Of a DNA stretch of 64,000 bases, positions 10,700 through 19,879 are shown piece by piece. The notes under the pieces are model-generated. The model was not told where the DNA came from. It was given only the letters and a program-made list of their open reading frames with translations, and did not search any database. The stretch lies in the IMG/VR virus record IMGVR_UViG_3300047160_003205, positions 1 to 64,000 of that record. One strand, given 5' to 3'. Source of the DNA: a virus (taxonomy: Duplodnaviria > Caudoviricetes). Positions within the stretch are counted from its first letter, which is position 1. Each line of letters begins with the position of its first letter. The position numbers and the translations under genes are program-made.

Positions 10700-11242
10700 T
10701 TAGATGTCGATTGTCACCGTCGCATTCTTGAGCGAGAGTTGACCGTCGAGCGCGCCCTCAGTCGTCTCCAGGGCCTCGATCTCAGCGGCCAGGTCCTTCT
10801 CGTTCAGGTTGATGATCCAGTCCTTGGGTTCCGGGTCCTTATCGGTGTTGACCGCGACAACCGCAACTCCGCTCCGCTGCGCGTGCTGACGCGCGACGAT
10901 GATCTGAGACCGGAGGGCGACGAGGGTTTGCTGTTGGGCAGGGAACACCTCCCGGCGCCATGTCAGCCATTCGGCAATGCTCTTGGTATCCTCGCCGATG
11001 GTGATGTTGTTGGAGTCATTCGCCAGCGCGATCCCGCGCCGGATGGTGATGATCCGGCCTTCCAGGTCACCCATGCTCTGGCGCTCACGGGCAATGAAGT
11101 CCACCGAGCCGCCGTCCTTCTCCAGCGGGTCACGGAGGTTGGCGGCGCGCGCCACGTACTGGGCGATGGACTGGCGCTTAGAAAGCAGGCGCTTATTGAT
11201 CGTCTTGATCTCAGCGAGAGCTTCAGTGATGGTCAGGGGCAT
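10700..11242 (-). CDS. Hypothetical coiled-coil protein
   Basis: 180-aa helical ORF, preceded by GGAGG. Confidence 0.7.
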   Translation of the reverse strand: MPLTITEALAEIKTINKRLLSKRQSIAQYVARAANLRDPLEKDGGSVDFIARERQSMGDLEGRIITIRRGIALANDSNNITIGEDTKSIAEWLTWRREVFPAQQQTLVALRSQIIVARQHAQRSGVAVVAVNTDKDPEPKDWIINLNEKDLAAEIEALETTEGALDGQLSLKNATVTIDI

Positions 11243-11267
11243 GAGGTCCTCCGTTTCTTGGTAGCGA

Positions 11268-11343
11268 TGGCAGCCCGGCAGGGACTCGAACCGCTGTTTT
11301 CCCGCCCCGAAGGGAAGGCGACCTACCCATAGTCGAACGGGCC
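11268..11343 (-). tRNA. Degenerate tRNA-like gene (Glu-TTC-like body; an Arg-TCG register is also possible)
   Basis: 76 nt, GGCCCGT...TTCGAGT...GCCA with encoded CCA; mismatches or bulges in the acceptor, anticodon and T stems. Confidence 0.6.
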
Positions 11344-11406
11344 ATCTATCGCTTACTTTCTTACTCTAGCCTAGAGCCGAGCTTAACAGGAAGCGGTTTT
11401 TTTCGC

Positions 11407-11649
11407 TCAGTCCTCGCCCCATCGGGTGAAGCTCTTCTGGAACTCCTTGAAGCCCAACTTATCAAGCTTCATCTTGCGTAGCGGGATACCATCTTTGAGC
11501 TTGCGGAATTCCACTTCCTTTAGGGGGCTCCCATCCCACTTCTCGGTCTCAATGACCTGGGTAATCTCGACAGCACACTTGGCTTTGTAGCTGTGATGCC
11601 CGTGCGGCCGGGGTACCCAGACCTCACCTGCTGCTGGAGGCGTTCTCAA
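11407..11649 (-). CDS. Hypothetical protein
   Basis: 80-aa ORF in a tightly packed minus-strand run. Confidence 0.5.
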   Translation of the reverse strand: MRTPPAAGEVWVPRPHGHHSYKAKCAVEITQVIETEKWDGSPLKEVEFRKLKDGIPLRKMKLDKLGFKEFQKSFTRWGED

Positions 11650-11948
11650 TGGCTCTCTGCTGACCTTTCCCTGAATGAATTAGCCAGGGCCTCTTGGCCC
11701 TCCTCGTGGGCGCGGAGCATTACCTCCGTCGCGGCGAGAACGTGTCGCGGGACCTTGTCGTTCGGCTTGAACTTCGGAACGAGCAGGTCGAAGGTGCCGT
11801 CCTTTCTGAAAAGGACGGCCACCTCGTCGTCGGCTAGGACAGTGCTCACTGGTCCTCTTCCCACATTGGTTGAGGACGCCGGACGCAGAGCCAACGATGC
11901 TCTTTGTCTGAATCGCCTCGCGCGATCCGTTTCATTAGATCCATGCAA
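11646..11948 (-). CDS. Hypothetical protein (true start probably the GTG near 11849)
   Basis: C-terminal 68 aa look protein-like; coupled to its neighbours. Confidence 0.45.
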   Translation of the reverse strand: MHGSNETDRARRFRQRASLALRPASSTNVGRGPVSTVLADDEVAVLFRKDGTFDLLVPKFKPNDKVPRHVLAATEVMLRAHEEGQEALANSFRERSAESH

Positions 11949-12052
11949 TCTCCCTTAGTGCCGAAGTATCCCCAGTTGGGCTGAACCTGGCACACTGGAT
12001 GCCCGATAGAAGCATAATTGATGCAGATTGCAATAGCATAGATAACGCCCAT
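11846..12052 (-). CDS. Small Cys-containing membrane or secreted protein
   Basis: MGVIYAIAICINY... hydrophobic start; ATG at 12052 inside track ORF 11846-12271. Confidence 0.45.
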   Translation of the reverse strand: MGVIYAIAICINYASIGHPVCQVQPNWGYFGTKGDCMDLMKRIARGDSDKEHRWLCVRRPQPMWEEDQ

Positions 12053-12098
12053 GATTTGGTCCCTTTCTCCGCTTGACGAAATCACCACTACGGCAAAA

Positions 12099-12416
12099 TT
12101 AGCGCAGGCCGTTGGTAATAGAGCCCGCTTGCCGCTGCAGGGCTTCTTGCTCCTTGCGCTTTCGCTTGCCCCTGGCAGCCCCGCCCTTCGCACCCGCCCT
12201 CCGCGCGAGGTCGTTGCTCTTAGAATAGGCACGCTTGAAGGCCGGCACCGATGCCCCGCCCTTCGCCGCAATCGCCGTCCGCTTCTCCAGGCTCATACCG
12301 GCGAAGCCGCGACGGCTCTTTGGCTTAGGCGCGTCGGAGCCGAGCGGCATATTTGTCAATGTAGGCATCACATTCCTCTTCTGTTTCATAGACCTTTCGG
12401 CCCAAGAATTGCTCAT
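12099..12416 (-). CDS. KGG-motif (con-10 / general stress) protein
   Basis: RRGFAGMSLEKRTAIAAKGG and LARRAGAKGG repeats. Confidence 0.75.
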   Translation of the reverse strand: MSNSWAERSMKQKRNVMPTLTNMPLGSDAPKPKSRRGFAGMSLEKRTAIAAKGGASVPAFKRAYSKSNDLARRAGAKGGAARGKRKRKEQEALQRQAGSITNGLR

Positions 12417-12528
12417 CCTGGTCCCAATCCTCCGACTTGGGGTTCCAGGTCCATGTCACTTTCGCAACCCGGTAGCCGCCATACACATTGTACGGGCGGA
12501 TAACACAGTCGCGGCTAAGGATGATCAT
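12325..12528 (-). CDS. Hypothetical protein
   Basis: 67-aa ORF just downstream of the promoter-like site at 12559. Confidence 0.4.
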   Translation of the reverse strand: MIILSRDCVIRPYNVYGGYRVAKVTWTWNPKSEDWDQDEQFLGRKVYETEEECDAYIDKYAARLRRA

Positions 12529-12558
12529 AGGTAGAGCATTTTCCCGAACTCTAGCTAA

Positions 12559-12590
12559 AGTATAGCCGGATCGCCGGGAAAAAGAAAGAA
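12559..12590 (-). promoter_or_regulatory. Representative of a recurrent minus-strand promoter-like motif: (G/T)CTATACT -10 box, usually near CTTTCTTT
   Basis: AGTATA on the + strand in intergenic gaps at 12559, 32904, 37188, 41431, 42983, 43702 and 54469; TATAAT version at 32639. Confidence 0.6.
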
Positions 12591-12592
12591 CT

Positions 12593-14059
12593 TCAGATAA
12601 GCCAGGCCCTGTAATTATCTTTGTTAATCATGTCAGCCAAATTGATCTTCTGTCGCAGGGCCTTGATGAAAACTTCGTCTATGGTCCCCGTCGAAACAAG
12701 GTCTCCATAGGTAACATGTTCAAGTTTACCCACGGCCTGAGGTCGATACTCGGATTGGTCTCGGTGTTCGAGGTTATTGGTGTTAGAAGCATAGATGTTA
12801 AGATTGCTGGCACTCCATTCGCGACCTCGACCACCTGCTGCTGGTGTCGCAACCATAAAACGGCATCGAGTGTCGTTCTTAAAGCGCGCTTCGTCCTTCT
12901 CGCGTGTCGCGGCGTTACCCCCCCAGAACCGCGCCACCGTCCCCGGTCCAAAATGCTTTTCAAGTGATGTTGCAAGCTTTTGGAGTTGCCGGTCATAGGA
13001 GCACCAGACAATAGCTTTCTCATCCGTCTCCTCAAGCCATTCGATGAGGGTAGCTGTACGGTTTTCCGGGATGTCATGCCAGGTTCCGTCCTCCGCTCTA
13101 GTGAATCCACACACGATCTGGTGTAGCCTTATCATCTGGGCTATCACCACGGTTGCCGTCACATAAGCTTCGCCTTCAATCCTCGCCGTCGCGAACTTCT
13201 TGAACTCCGTGTAGATACGCTTCTGTTCACTCGTCAGCTCCACTTCACGACGCAGGTAGATTTTCTCCGGTGCGTCATACATGTCCTCTAACCGACACCG
13301 GAACGAGTGTGGTGCGAGCTTCGCCTGTAGTTCCTCTAGGTTCTGATAGCCGTCAATGATCTGGACATGACGGCCTCCGTACCATTCGGGACGAAGGATG
13401 GCATAGCGATTGCGAAAAGCGTAGTAGGACCGCTGCCCGATGATTCTCCAGTCCAGAAAGAAGAAGGGCGCATAAGCATCCAGTGGTGACCTAGGCGTCA
13501 GCAATCCTGAGAGGATGCGTCTCCAGTCCGCATATTGAGCTAAGTGGTTAAGCACGAACTTCGTGCGCTTGGCGGTGGGGTTCTTAATGACCGTCGCTTC
13601 ATCAATCGCCAGGTACGAGCGCCGGGGGGTGAGGAAGCGAATGGCTACCTCCCGCGCCTCTTTCACAGAAGAGAGCGCCTCAACATTCATGAAGAGGATG
13701 CGTGGAGACAGCGGTTTTTCCAAAAAAATTTTGAGGGCCTTCGCGTGTCCTACACCCCCGCCCGACTTCCAGTAATGGACCTTTACTCTGTCATAGAGGT
13801 CAGAAGACAGGTGAGCCTCCACCTCACCCAACCAAGGGGGGAGTGCACCAGCCGGGCCGATAACCATGAGGTCGTGCGCTAATCCCGCCAGCTCCAGACG
13901 GCCGAAATCATCCAGAATGACCTTCGACTTCCCGGTTCGCATCGCCATGAGAAGTGCAAAGGACTCCCGGCCTTTACACTTAGCGAGAGCTTCGGCCTGT
14001 TTAGCCCGGGGACGAGTGCGTGGAGTATAGACATTTATCTGGCGAAGGACCTCACTCAT
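12593..14059 (-). CDS. SNF2-family (SF2) helicase
   Basis: Motif I MAMRTGKS, motif II IDEAT, LSG motif III, C-terminal TPAAGGRG...QSEYR. Confidence 0.9.
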   Translation of the reverse strand: MSEVLRQINVYTPRTRPRAKQAEALAKCKGRESFALLMAMRTGKSKVILDDFGRLELAGLAHDLMVIGPAGALPPWLGEVEAHLSSDLYDRVKVHYWKSGGGVGHAKALKIFLEKPLSPRILFMNVEALSSVKEAREVAIRFLTPRRSYLAIDEATVIKNPTAKRTKFVLNHLAQYADWRRILSGLLTPRSPLDAYAPFFFLDWRIIGQRSYYAFRNRYAILRPEWYGGRHVQIIDGYQNLEELQAKLAPHSFRCRLEDMYDAPEKIYLRREVELTSEQKRIYTEFKKFATARIEGEAYVTATVVIAQMIRLHQIVCGFTRAEDGTWHDIPENRTATLIEWLEETDEKAIVWCSYDRQLQKLATSLEKHFGPGTVARFWGGNAATREKDEARFKNDTRCRFMVATPAAGGRGREWSASNLNIYASNTNNLEHRDQSEYRPQAVGKLEHVTYGDLVSTGTIDEVFIKALRQKINLADMINKDNYRAWLI

Positions 14060-14585
14060 CCACCACCAGAGCCAACGTCACTTCTGAGGAAGCAAGCCCC
14101 AAATCATCGGGCGGCTGATATCCAACCGTAATGTTATAAGTCCCCGGCGTTAAAAAGGTATGCATCGATGTGTTAATGAGACCCGTCGTAGGGTTAATCT
14201 CTAACAGTCCTTGCGGATGAAAGTCGGGCCCAGTCACTAAGCTATAAGTCCCCCCCGGTGGGTCCCCAAAAGCTTCTGCGACAATGATGCCTGGTGGAGA
14301 GTTGGCGCTGATCGGTTGGTAGGATTCAATGAGAACTTCTGAGTCGCCTGGTGGGGGAATGGGGGGATCGGGCGGCTCGGGCTTTGTGAGATCTGGGAAC
14401 TTATCGGGAAGGGTACCAGCTGTTGGCCTGTCTTTAGGAGGGTCAGGTTCGGGTTTAGGTAAGTCAGATACAGGCCCTGGTATGACCTCATGCGTCGGCT
14501 TCGATTCAGGTTCTCGACTTGGAGCATGAGAGGGTCCAGCTGTATGTGTGGTAGGTGAATGATGTGTGATGGGGGCCTTACTCAT
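14052..14585 (-). CDS. Pro-rich protein with a C-terminal cadherin/Ig-like domain
   Basis: ISANSPPGIIVAEA...TYSLV...LEINPTTGLI...PGTYNITV cadherin-like pattern. Confidence 0.55.
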   Translation of the reverse strand: MSKAPITHHSPTTHTAGPSHAPSREPESKPTHEVIPGPVSDLPKPEPDPPKDRPTAGTLPDKFPDLTKPEPPDPPIPPPGDSEVLIESYQPISANSPPGIIVAEAFGDPPGGTYSLVTGPDFHPQGLLEINPTTGLINTSMHTFLTPGTYNITVGYQPPDDLGLASSEVTLALVVDE

Positions 14586-14594
14586 TCAGTCCTC

Positions 14595-14885
14595 CTAGGC
14601 GCGTGCTCGGCGTTTACGATGGGACTCTAGCCAGAAGGTAATTGGCTTGGGTCCCTGTCGTTTCGACTTTCTCACGCGAAATGGCTCGGAGTAGAACTCC
14701 GCCTTTTTAGCGATTTGGCGCAATCGGTCGATGATTATCTTATGGGCATTTACGGGGATTTCGTTCCCATAGTATGCGTTCACAAGATGGGTGCTCGATA
14801 GAGGCTCCGTAGCAAGTGAGAGCATATCAAGCAGAGCTTGTTCCTTCTCGGAATACTTACCTATCAGCGCGTTCTGTGAGAGCAA
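14595..14885 (-). CDS. Putative winged-helix DNA-binding protein
   Basis: YSEKEQALLDML...IIIDRLRQI wHTH-like pattern. Confidence 0.45.
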   Translation of the reverse strand: MLSQNALIGKYSEKEQALLDMLSLATEPLSSTHLVNAYYGNEIPVNAHKIIIDRLRQIAKKAEFYSEPFRVRKSKRQGPKPITFWLESHRKRRARA

Positions 14886-15294
14886 AGTAGACCACCTTTT
14901 CCACTTTGGACCGTTTGATCTCCAGAACCGAACCGCTCGCGATCAGCTTTTCGTTGAGCTTTTTGATCGCGTAATCAGTCCCCTTTCCTTCTGGGTTGAG
15001 CGCACTCGCCGGAACCGGCGAGGGGGCATTTTCCGAGAGAAGCCTGTAGATGTCGGCCCGCTTCGTCCCAGGACGAAGCTTCAGTTCGCCATTCGTGTAT
15101 TGGTTGGTCAAGTGCTGCTCCTTAACGCGGGACTGCTCCTTGAACTTTCTTACTTCCCCTTCAAGAGCCTCGCAACGCCTTTCCGCTGTCACTCTGTCAC
15201 TGAACCGCTTGATCTGCGGCTTGTTCAAAATCGCTGCCAACTTGTTGTAATAGATGGCTAGACTTTTAACTGAGGGTTGCGAGTATTGATCCAT
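14857..15294 (-). CDS. Hypothetical protein (possible wHTH C-terminus)
   Basis: 145-aa ORF in the operon. Confidence 0.5.
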   Translation of the reverse strand: MDQYSQPSVKSLAIYYNKLAAILNKPQIKRFSDRVTAERRCEALEGEVRKFKEQSRVKEQHLTNQYTNGELKLRPGTKRADIYRLLSENAPSPVPASALNPEGKGTDYAIKKLNEKLIASGSVLEIKRSKVEKVVYFALTERADR

Positions 15295-15324
15295 ACCTAA
15301 TCTCGAATGGCACTTAACGCGGTA

Positions 15325-15846
15325 TTATCCCGCTTCCTTTTTGGAAAAGAAAGTATTTCCTTCCTGCAGAATCTGTTTAACTCCTTGCCAATCCCAATTG
15401 GTTGGACCCCCGCTGCAAAACAAAAGGTGTGGTACGCCACGCAATCCATTCTCATGCAAGAGCCGAATATCTTTACCGTGTAAGAAATAAAGCTGATCAT
15501 CTGGCGCCTCAGTCGGACTGCCCTTATAAATACGGCGAACGGCAATGTATACGATGCCGCCCGCTCGGAGATGCCGCTCAGTCCAGGCTATTTGCTCTGG
15601 AATGACGGTTGGTTTCCAAAAGTAAGTAAGCTTGTTCTCAACCCATAACTGGTGCCCATTTAAGCAAACGTTCATGTCTGGGACGCCCTTCTCCGTCGTC
15701 CAGGATTCAATGCTAACAATGTGGGCTTCAGGGATATGTTCCTTGAAGAACTTCCGCATATTACCGTCTGGCAACGCTAAACTCCATGGCCATTGATTTG
15801 ATGGTGAGGTCGATATCCAGCCCATCACCCTTATGGAAGGATCCAT
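15325..15846 (-). CDS. PD-(D/E)xK nuclease (Holliday-junction resolvase / VRR-NUC-like)
   Basis: GVPDMNVCLNGHQLWVENK catalytic motif; QIAWTERHLRAGG. Confidence 0.7.
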   Translation of the reverse strand: MDPSIRVMGWISTSPSNQWPWSLALPDGNMRKFFKEHIPEAHIVSIESWTTEKGVPDMNVCLNGHQLWVENKLTYFWKPTVIPEQIAWTERHLRAGGIVYIAVRRIYKGSPTEAPDDQLYFLHGKDIRLLHENGLRGVPHLLFCSGGPTNWDWQGVKQILQEGNTFFSKKEAG

Positions 15847-16036
15847 TTAGGGGAAGAGCCTTGGGATCAAAGCCATCCTGTCGAAGAATGATGTAGGCAA
15901 CTGTACATGTTTGATTGAAAAAAATAGGGTTGATGTCGTCCTCATCAAAGGACGCTACCCCTAGTAGGTCACCATTCATTGCCCGGGCTTCAATCTCACC
16001 GCGATTGTTCGAGTGATCGTAATTCATCTTGCCCAT
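15761..16036 (-). CDS. Hypothetical protein
   Basis: 91-aa ORF overlapping its neighbours. Confidence 0.35.
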   Translation of the reverse strand: MGKMNYDHSNNRGEIEARAMNGDLLGVASFDEDDINPIFFNQTCTVAYIILRQDGFDPKALPLNGSFHKGDGLDIDLTIKSMAMEFSVARR

Positions 16037-19000
16037 CGAGTTCTCCTAGATACTTGATGGCGGACACTTTGATCATGCGAAAGTCGGGTGGTACAGTGCC
16101 CTTTATGGCGTACAAAGACTTCCCCGCACGCGCTTTATCCAACATCTTCCGACCGATGCGCTCATAGTCAAACCGTCCGATCTTGCAGAAGATTTCATCC
16201 GTATCGTCGCAAAAGTAGGTGTTGAGAACCTGGGTGGGCCCGTTCAGCTTCCGCCCGTCCCGCTGCGCCAGCTTTTGGGCGTCGTTCTCGTCACGCCACT
16301 TAATGCGGCGAGCCATCGCTAAGATCACTACGTTGCCTTCAACTCCTGGCTGGACCCTCTCAATCGGTAGGATCGGGGTCACTATGTTGAGGGGCGGGGC
16401 GGACGTATCTGGGTGTAACCTCCGTATTTGAGCCTTTATGGGGTAGAGATCATCAATCTCTGTGCGCGCCTCAGTCAGCATTCGCTTAAGGGCTGGCTTG
16501 AGCTCGCGTCCGTCCTTACGACTAGCGAGCACTTCAAGAACTTTCTTCGGCCCAATGCCTTTAATCGCTGTGATGGGGCCGACAAGAACCTGACGTCCAT
16601 CTTTCTCCGCAATGGACCAACGCTCAGTCGAAGCCTCGGGGTCAACTGGGGTGTACGTGATCCCTTCTTTATCAAGCTCTCTAAGTATTGCCAGTTGGTT
16701 AGCTGGCTCAGCCTCCGCATCGAGTGTAGCGGCGGCGAACTCCAGCGGGTAGTGTGCTTTGAGCCAACAGCAGTAGTAGCTGACGAGACCATAAGCGATG
16801 GAGTGCGAGTTATGTGTGATAAGTCCATTCTCCAGCGCGAAATTATGCTGCTCGGGCATCTCAATATCATAAGTCTCGCGGATACCGGCATCCTCTATCC
16901 TTTGGAGCTTCTTAATTGCTTGCTTATAGCCGTTCTCCCATACCTTAGTCCGGCCGTGGGCATAATGCCGCTTCTTATGGCAACTGTTACAGAGCCAAAC
17001 TAGGTCTTCAGGTTGGTCCTTACCTGCATTAAAGTCGGTGTGATGAGCTTCCATCCGGACTTTGAACTTCCCGCAATCTTCACATGGATCGTCCTGCCTT
17101 CGTTCTATGAACTGATCCTTGTAGAAGGCGACCCCGGTTGTCCAACCTTTCCCATGTCCCTTTCCCTCTCCAGTAGGTTTATAGCAAGGGATCGGCTCAA
17201 ACTCGACCGAGGTGAACTCGTCCCCCAAGCCAGCTTCCTTAATAGGTTTCCACTCGCCACTGATGAGGAAGCGATGCTCGGGCGTACATACGACTTGGCT
17301 TCCGTCATCAAATGTGTACCGCTTACAAAGCTTCTTGCCTGATTTGATGATCCGAACGGCCTTCTGCGGGCGGCCACGATCATCGGGGAACAGGCTGACG
17401 AGCCAAGGCTTGGACTTTTGTTGCTTTATCCAACGAGAGGGGGCTTCCTCATACTTCTCATACAGTTCAGCGATAGTTCTTTCTTGAGTATTGCAGCCTG
17501 CTATACTAAGTCTAAGCCTAGTCTCTCCATCTAAACACTTATTGAACGACCATGAGGCGTATGTACAAATCTGATCCCATATCTCTTTTGCCTTATCTTC
17601 TTCAATACCTTGAGATGTCGCTCCTGCTCTAAACTTTATCCAATACTTACCAAAAAATTCATCACCCAATATACCACTCATCGCGTGTCGAATGGCACCC
17701 GTATCTTCCCACGAGAACTGACCGATTTCACGAACAATACGTAGAACTTGCTCTTGATACAGTACAACCCCATAACTATCCTTAGTCAATTCAAGTAATA
17801 GCGGGTGTACCTGCGTGATCGGCTCCTCACCCCGCTTCCTCCGAACCCAACGCGACGTTCCGCCCGTCGCGAGGGGGCCGGGACGGACGAGGGCCGTCAT
17901 CGCCGCTACATCCTCAAACCGCGTGAACGTCACCTGGTTCGCGACCGAACGCAGGGCGATCCCCGCGAACTGGAAGATGCCGGCGAAGTGTCCGTTATTG
18001 AGTACGTCAAATGACGCTTGATCATCGAGAGGAATTTTCTCTAGGAAGCCATTGGTTGGCTTCTCGCCGATCAACTCTAGGGTGCGCTCAAAGATTGAGA
18101 GTTGCTTCAGTCCCAGCGCGTCGATCTTTAAGAGGTTGAGCTCAGCCGCATCCTTCTTATCACACATGACAGACTTCGACCGCGCGTCCATGGCGACGAA
18201 GTCAATGAGGGGGTCTTCAGTGAGAACGACCCCCGCCGCGTGCTGGGAGGCATTTACAGGGTGTCCTTCGAACTTAGCGGCGATCAGGACCTCAGGATAC
18301 TCATTCAACAAGGCCTGACCGGCCGCTGTCTCCTTCAGGGTATCTTCAAGGGTATTATTCGCGCGGCTATCCCCCGAAGTGCGTTCGATAAGGTGGTCCA
18401 TAAGCTTGTCGGTGCGCCAGATTGGAATTCGTAAAGCTGCGCCTGCCGCTTTAAGGGCTGATCGTCCCTTGAACATCCCAACCGTTCCGAGCCTCGCCAC
18501 CCGTTGGCTGCCATACTTTTCCTCCGCATATTGGAACACTAAGTCCCGGTTGATGTCCGAGAAATCCACATCGATATCAGGTAGCTCAAACCGATTAGCA
18601 TCAATGAAGCGCTCAAACAGAAGATCGTGCTTGATGGGATCGATCTCAGTGATGTTAAGACAGTAGCACACCAGGCTACCACCTGAAGACCCGCGACCAG
18701 GCCCAACCACCATCTTGGTCTTCGCCCAATTGACGATGTCGGCGAGGATGTAGAAGTAGTCATCGAAGTTCTTGTCACTGATGAGCTGTAGCTCGCGCGT
18801 CAGGCGCTCCTCATACGTTGGATCAGTGAGGTCTAGTCCTTTCGTGATAGCGCCATCCTCGCACATCTTCCGCAGGCTTATGGGTTTTTCTGGGACGAGG
18901 AGGTGGGCTTTCTTTAGTTGTGCTCGGCAGGCGTCTATCGCCAGGTTCCGGTTAGTGAAAGCGTCCGCGATCAGGTCGTCATCAAACCCCACGTTCAGGA

Positions 19001-19667
19001 AGTGGGCGCGAAGCTCATCATCCGAGAGGATGTAGCGAGGGTAGGATTGCGTGGAGGCCCGAAAGCCGAGAGCGATCCTGTACTCGTCCTGATCAGTGTC
19101 CCGGGGGAAGTAGTTGTCGGATGTGGCGATGAACCGCAGCCCCGCATTCCGAACGCGACGTACAAGACCAACAGGAGAACTAGGAGCGAGACCGACAAAG
19201 TAATCAGACCTCGCATCATAAGCCTCGCCCGGGAGACTATCCAGGAGCAATCGCTCCCCAGAAATCTTGATCAGCCCCGGTAGCTTAACGGCTTCATCTG
19301 CACTTAGCGTCGGTTCCTTTCCGGGGTTCCATGTGGCTTTGTAGATGGCTCGATGAAGGTCACTTAGATCATCCTTCGCGAAAAACGACCAGTAGTCCAC
19401 GGGCGGCTTGTTGAGCCCTAGGCTCGGGACCACCCCGATTTCCACCCCATAAAGGGGGCGGATACCCGTCGTCTTACACATCTTTGTCCAGCGGACGAAG
19501 GCGAAGGTGGAAAGCCGGTCACTTATCGGCGCGACTGGTGATCCAATCTCCTGGAGTCGCGAGAGGACGGCTGGAAGATGGCCATAGGCGGTCTTGAAGC
19601 TATACCCGGTTCTGACTCGCATGGCTTTTATGCTGCCTCGGCGCAAACGCGATGAGATGGTGATCAT
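15996..19667 (-). CDS. dnaE: DNA polymerase III alpha subunit with an intein; probable start 19622
   Basis: PHP-like N-terminus, GPGRGSSGGS, LPDIDVDF catalytic motif, SQHAAGVVL, LLKIDALGL, FNK[intein]SHSIAY. Confidence 0.95.
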   Translation of the reverse strand: MITISSRLRRGSIKAMRVRTGYSFKTAYGHLPAVLSRLQEIGSPVAPISDRLSTFAFVRWTKMCKTTGIRPLYGVEIGVVPSLGLNKPPVDYWSFFAKDDLSDLHRAIYKATWNPGKEPTLSADEAVKLPGLIKISGERLLLDSLPGEAYDARSDYFVGLAPSSPVGLVRRVRNAGLRFIATSDNYFPRDTDQDEYRIALGFRASTQSYPRYILSDDELRAHFLNVGFDDDLIADAFTNRNLAIDACRAQLKKAHLLVPEKPISLRKMCEDGAITKGLDLTDPTYEERLTRELQLISDKNFDDYFYILADIVNWAKTKMVVGPGRGSSGGSLVCYCLNITEIDPIKHDLLFERFIDANRFELPDIDVDFSDINRDLVFQYAEEKYGSQRVARLGTVGMFKGRSALKAAGAALRIPIWRTDKLMDHLIERTSGDSRANNTLEDTLKETAAGQALLNEYPEVLIAAKFEGHPVNASQHAAGVVLTEDPLIDFVAMDARSKSVMCDKKDAAELNLLKIDALGLKQLSIFERTLELIGEKPTNGFLEKIPLDDQASFDVLNNGHFAGIFQFAGIALRSVANQVTFTRFEDVAAMTALVRPGPLATGGTSRWVRRKRGEEPITQVHPLLLELTKDSYGVVLYQEQVLRIVREIGQFSWEDTGAIRHAMSGILGDEFFGKYWIKFRAGATSQGIEEDKAKEIWDQICTYASWSFNKCLDGETRLRLSIAGCNTQERTIAELYEKYEEAPSRWIKQQKSKPWLVSLFPDDRGRPQKAVRIIKSGKKLCKRYTFDDGSQVVCTPEHRFLISGEWKPIKEAGLGDEFTSVEFEPIPCYKPTGEGKGHGKGWTTGVAFYKDQFIERRQDDPCEDCGKFKVRMEAHHTDFNAGKDQPEDLVWLCNSCHKKRHYAHGRTKVWENGYKQAIKKLQRIEDAGIRETYDIEMPEQHNFALENGLITHNSHSIAYGLVSYYCCWLKAHYPLEFAAATLDAEAEPANQLAILRELDKEGITYTPVDPEASTERWSIAEKDGRQVLVGPITAIKGIGPKKVLEVLASRKDGRELKPALKRMLTEARTEIDDLYPIKAQIRRLHPDTSAPPLNIVTPILPIERVQPGVEGNVVILAMARRIKWRDENDAQKLAQRDGRKLNGPTQVLNTYFCDDTDEIFCKIGRFDYERIGRKMLDKARAGKSLYAIKGTVPPDFRMIKVSAIKYLGELDGQDELRSLEQSR
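16809..17537 (-). mobile_element. Intein (243 aa) with an HNH homing endonuclease, inside DnaE
   Basis: Begins with Cys1 (FNK/CLDGETRL), block B CTPEH, ends HN/S. Internal CEDC...EAHH...DLVWLCNSCHKKRH is HNH-type. Confidence 0.92.
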
Positions 19668-19815
19668 CGCAATACGACGATTTTAGCCGACGCCGCTTTC
19701 CACAGAATAGAGCGTCAGCCATCTTCCAACGGCCTGGATCGTCAATAATCCACTTGCAGCCATACTTATGTAGCTGCATCATCGTTAAGCCTTTGATGGG
19801 TGCTTTCCTAGCCAC
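19600..19815 (-). CDS. GcrA C-terminal-domain-like protein
   Basis: LTMMQLHKYGCKWIIDDP...FCGK...SYCDDHHLIAF matches the GcrA Cys/His C-terminal pattern. Confidence 0.75.
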   Translation of the reverse strand: MARKAPIKGLTMMQLHKYGCKWIIDDPGRWKMADALFCGKRRRLKSSYCDDHHLIAFAPRQHKSHASQNRV

Positions 19816-19879
19816 CGCTTCGCCTCGGACGAAAAAGAAAGTTTACCCGAAACGAGGCTGTTTAAGCAATGAGAAAGAA

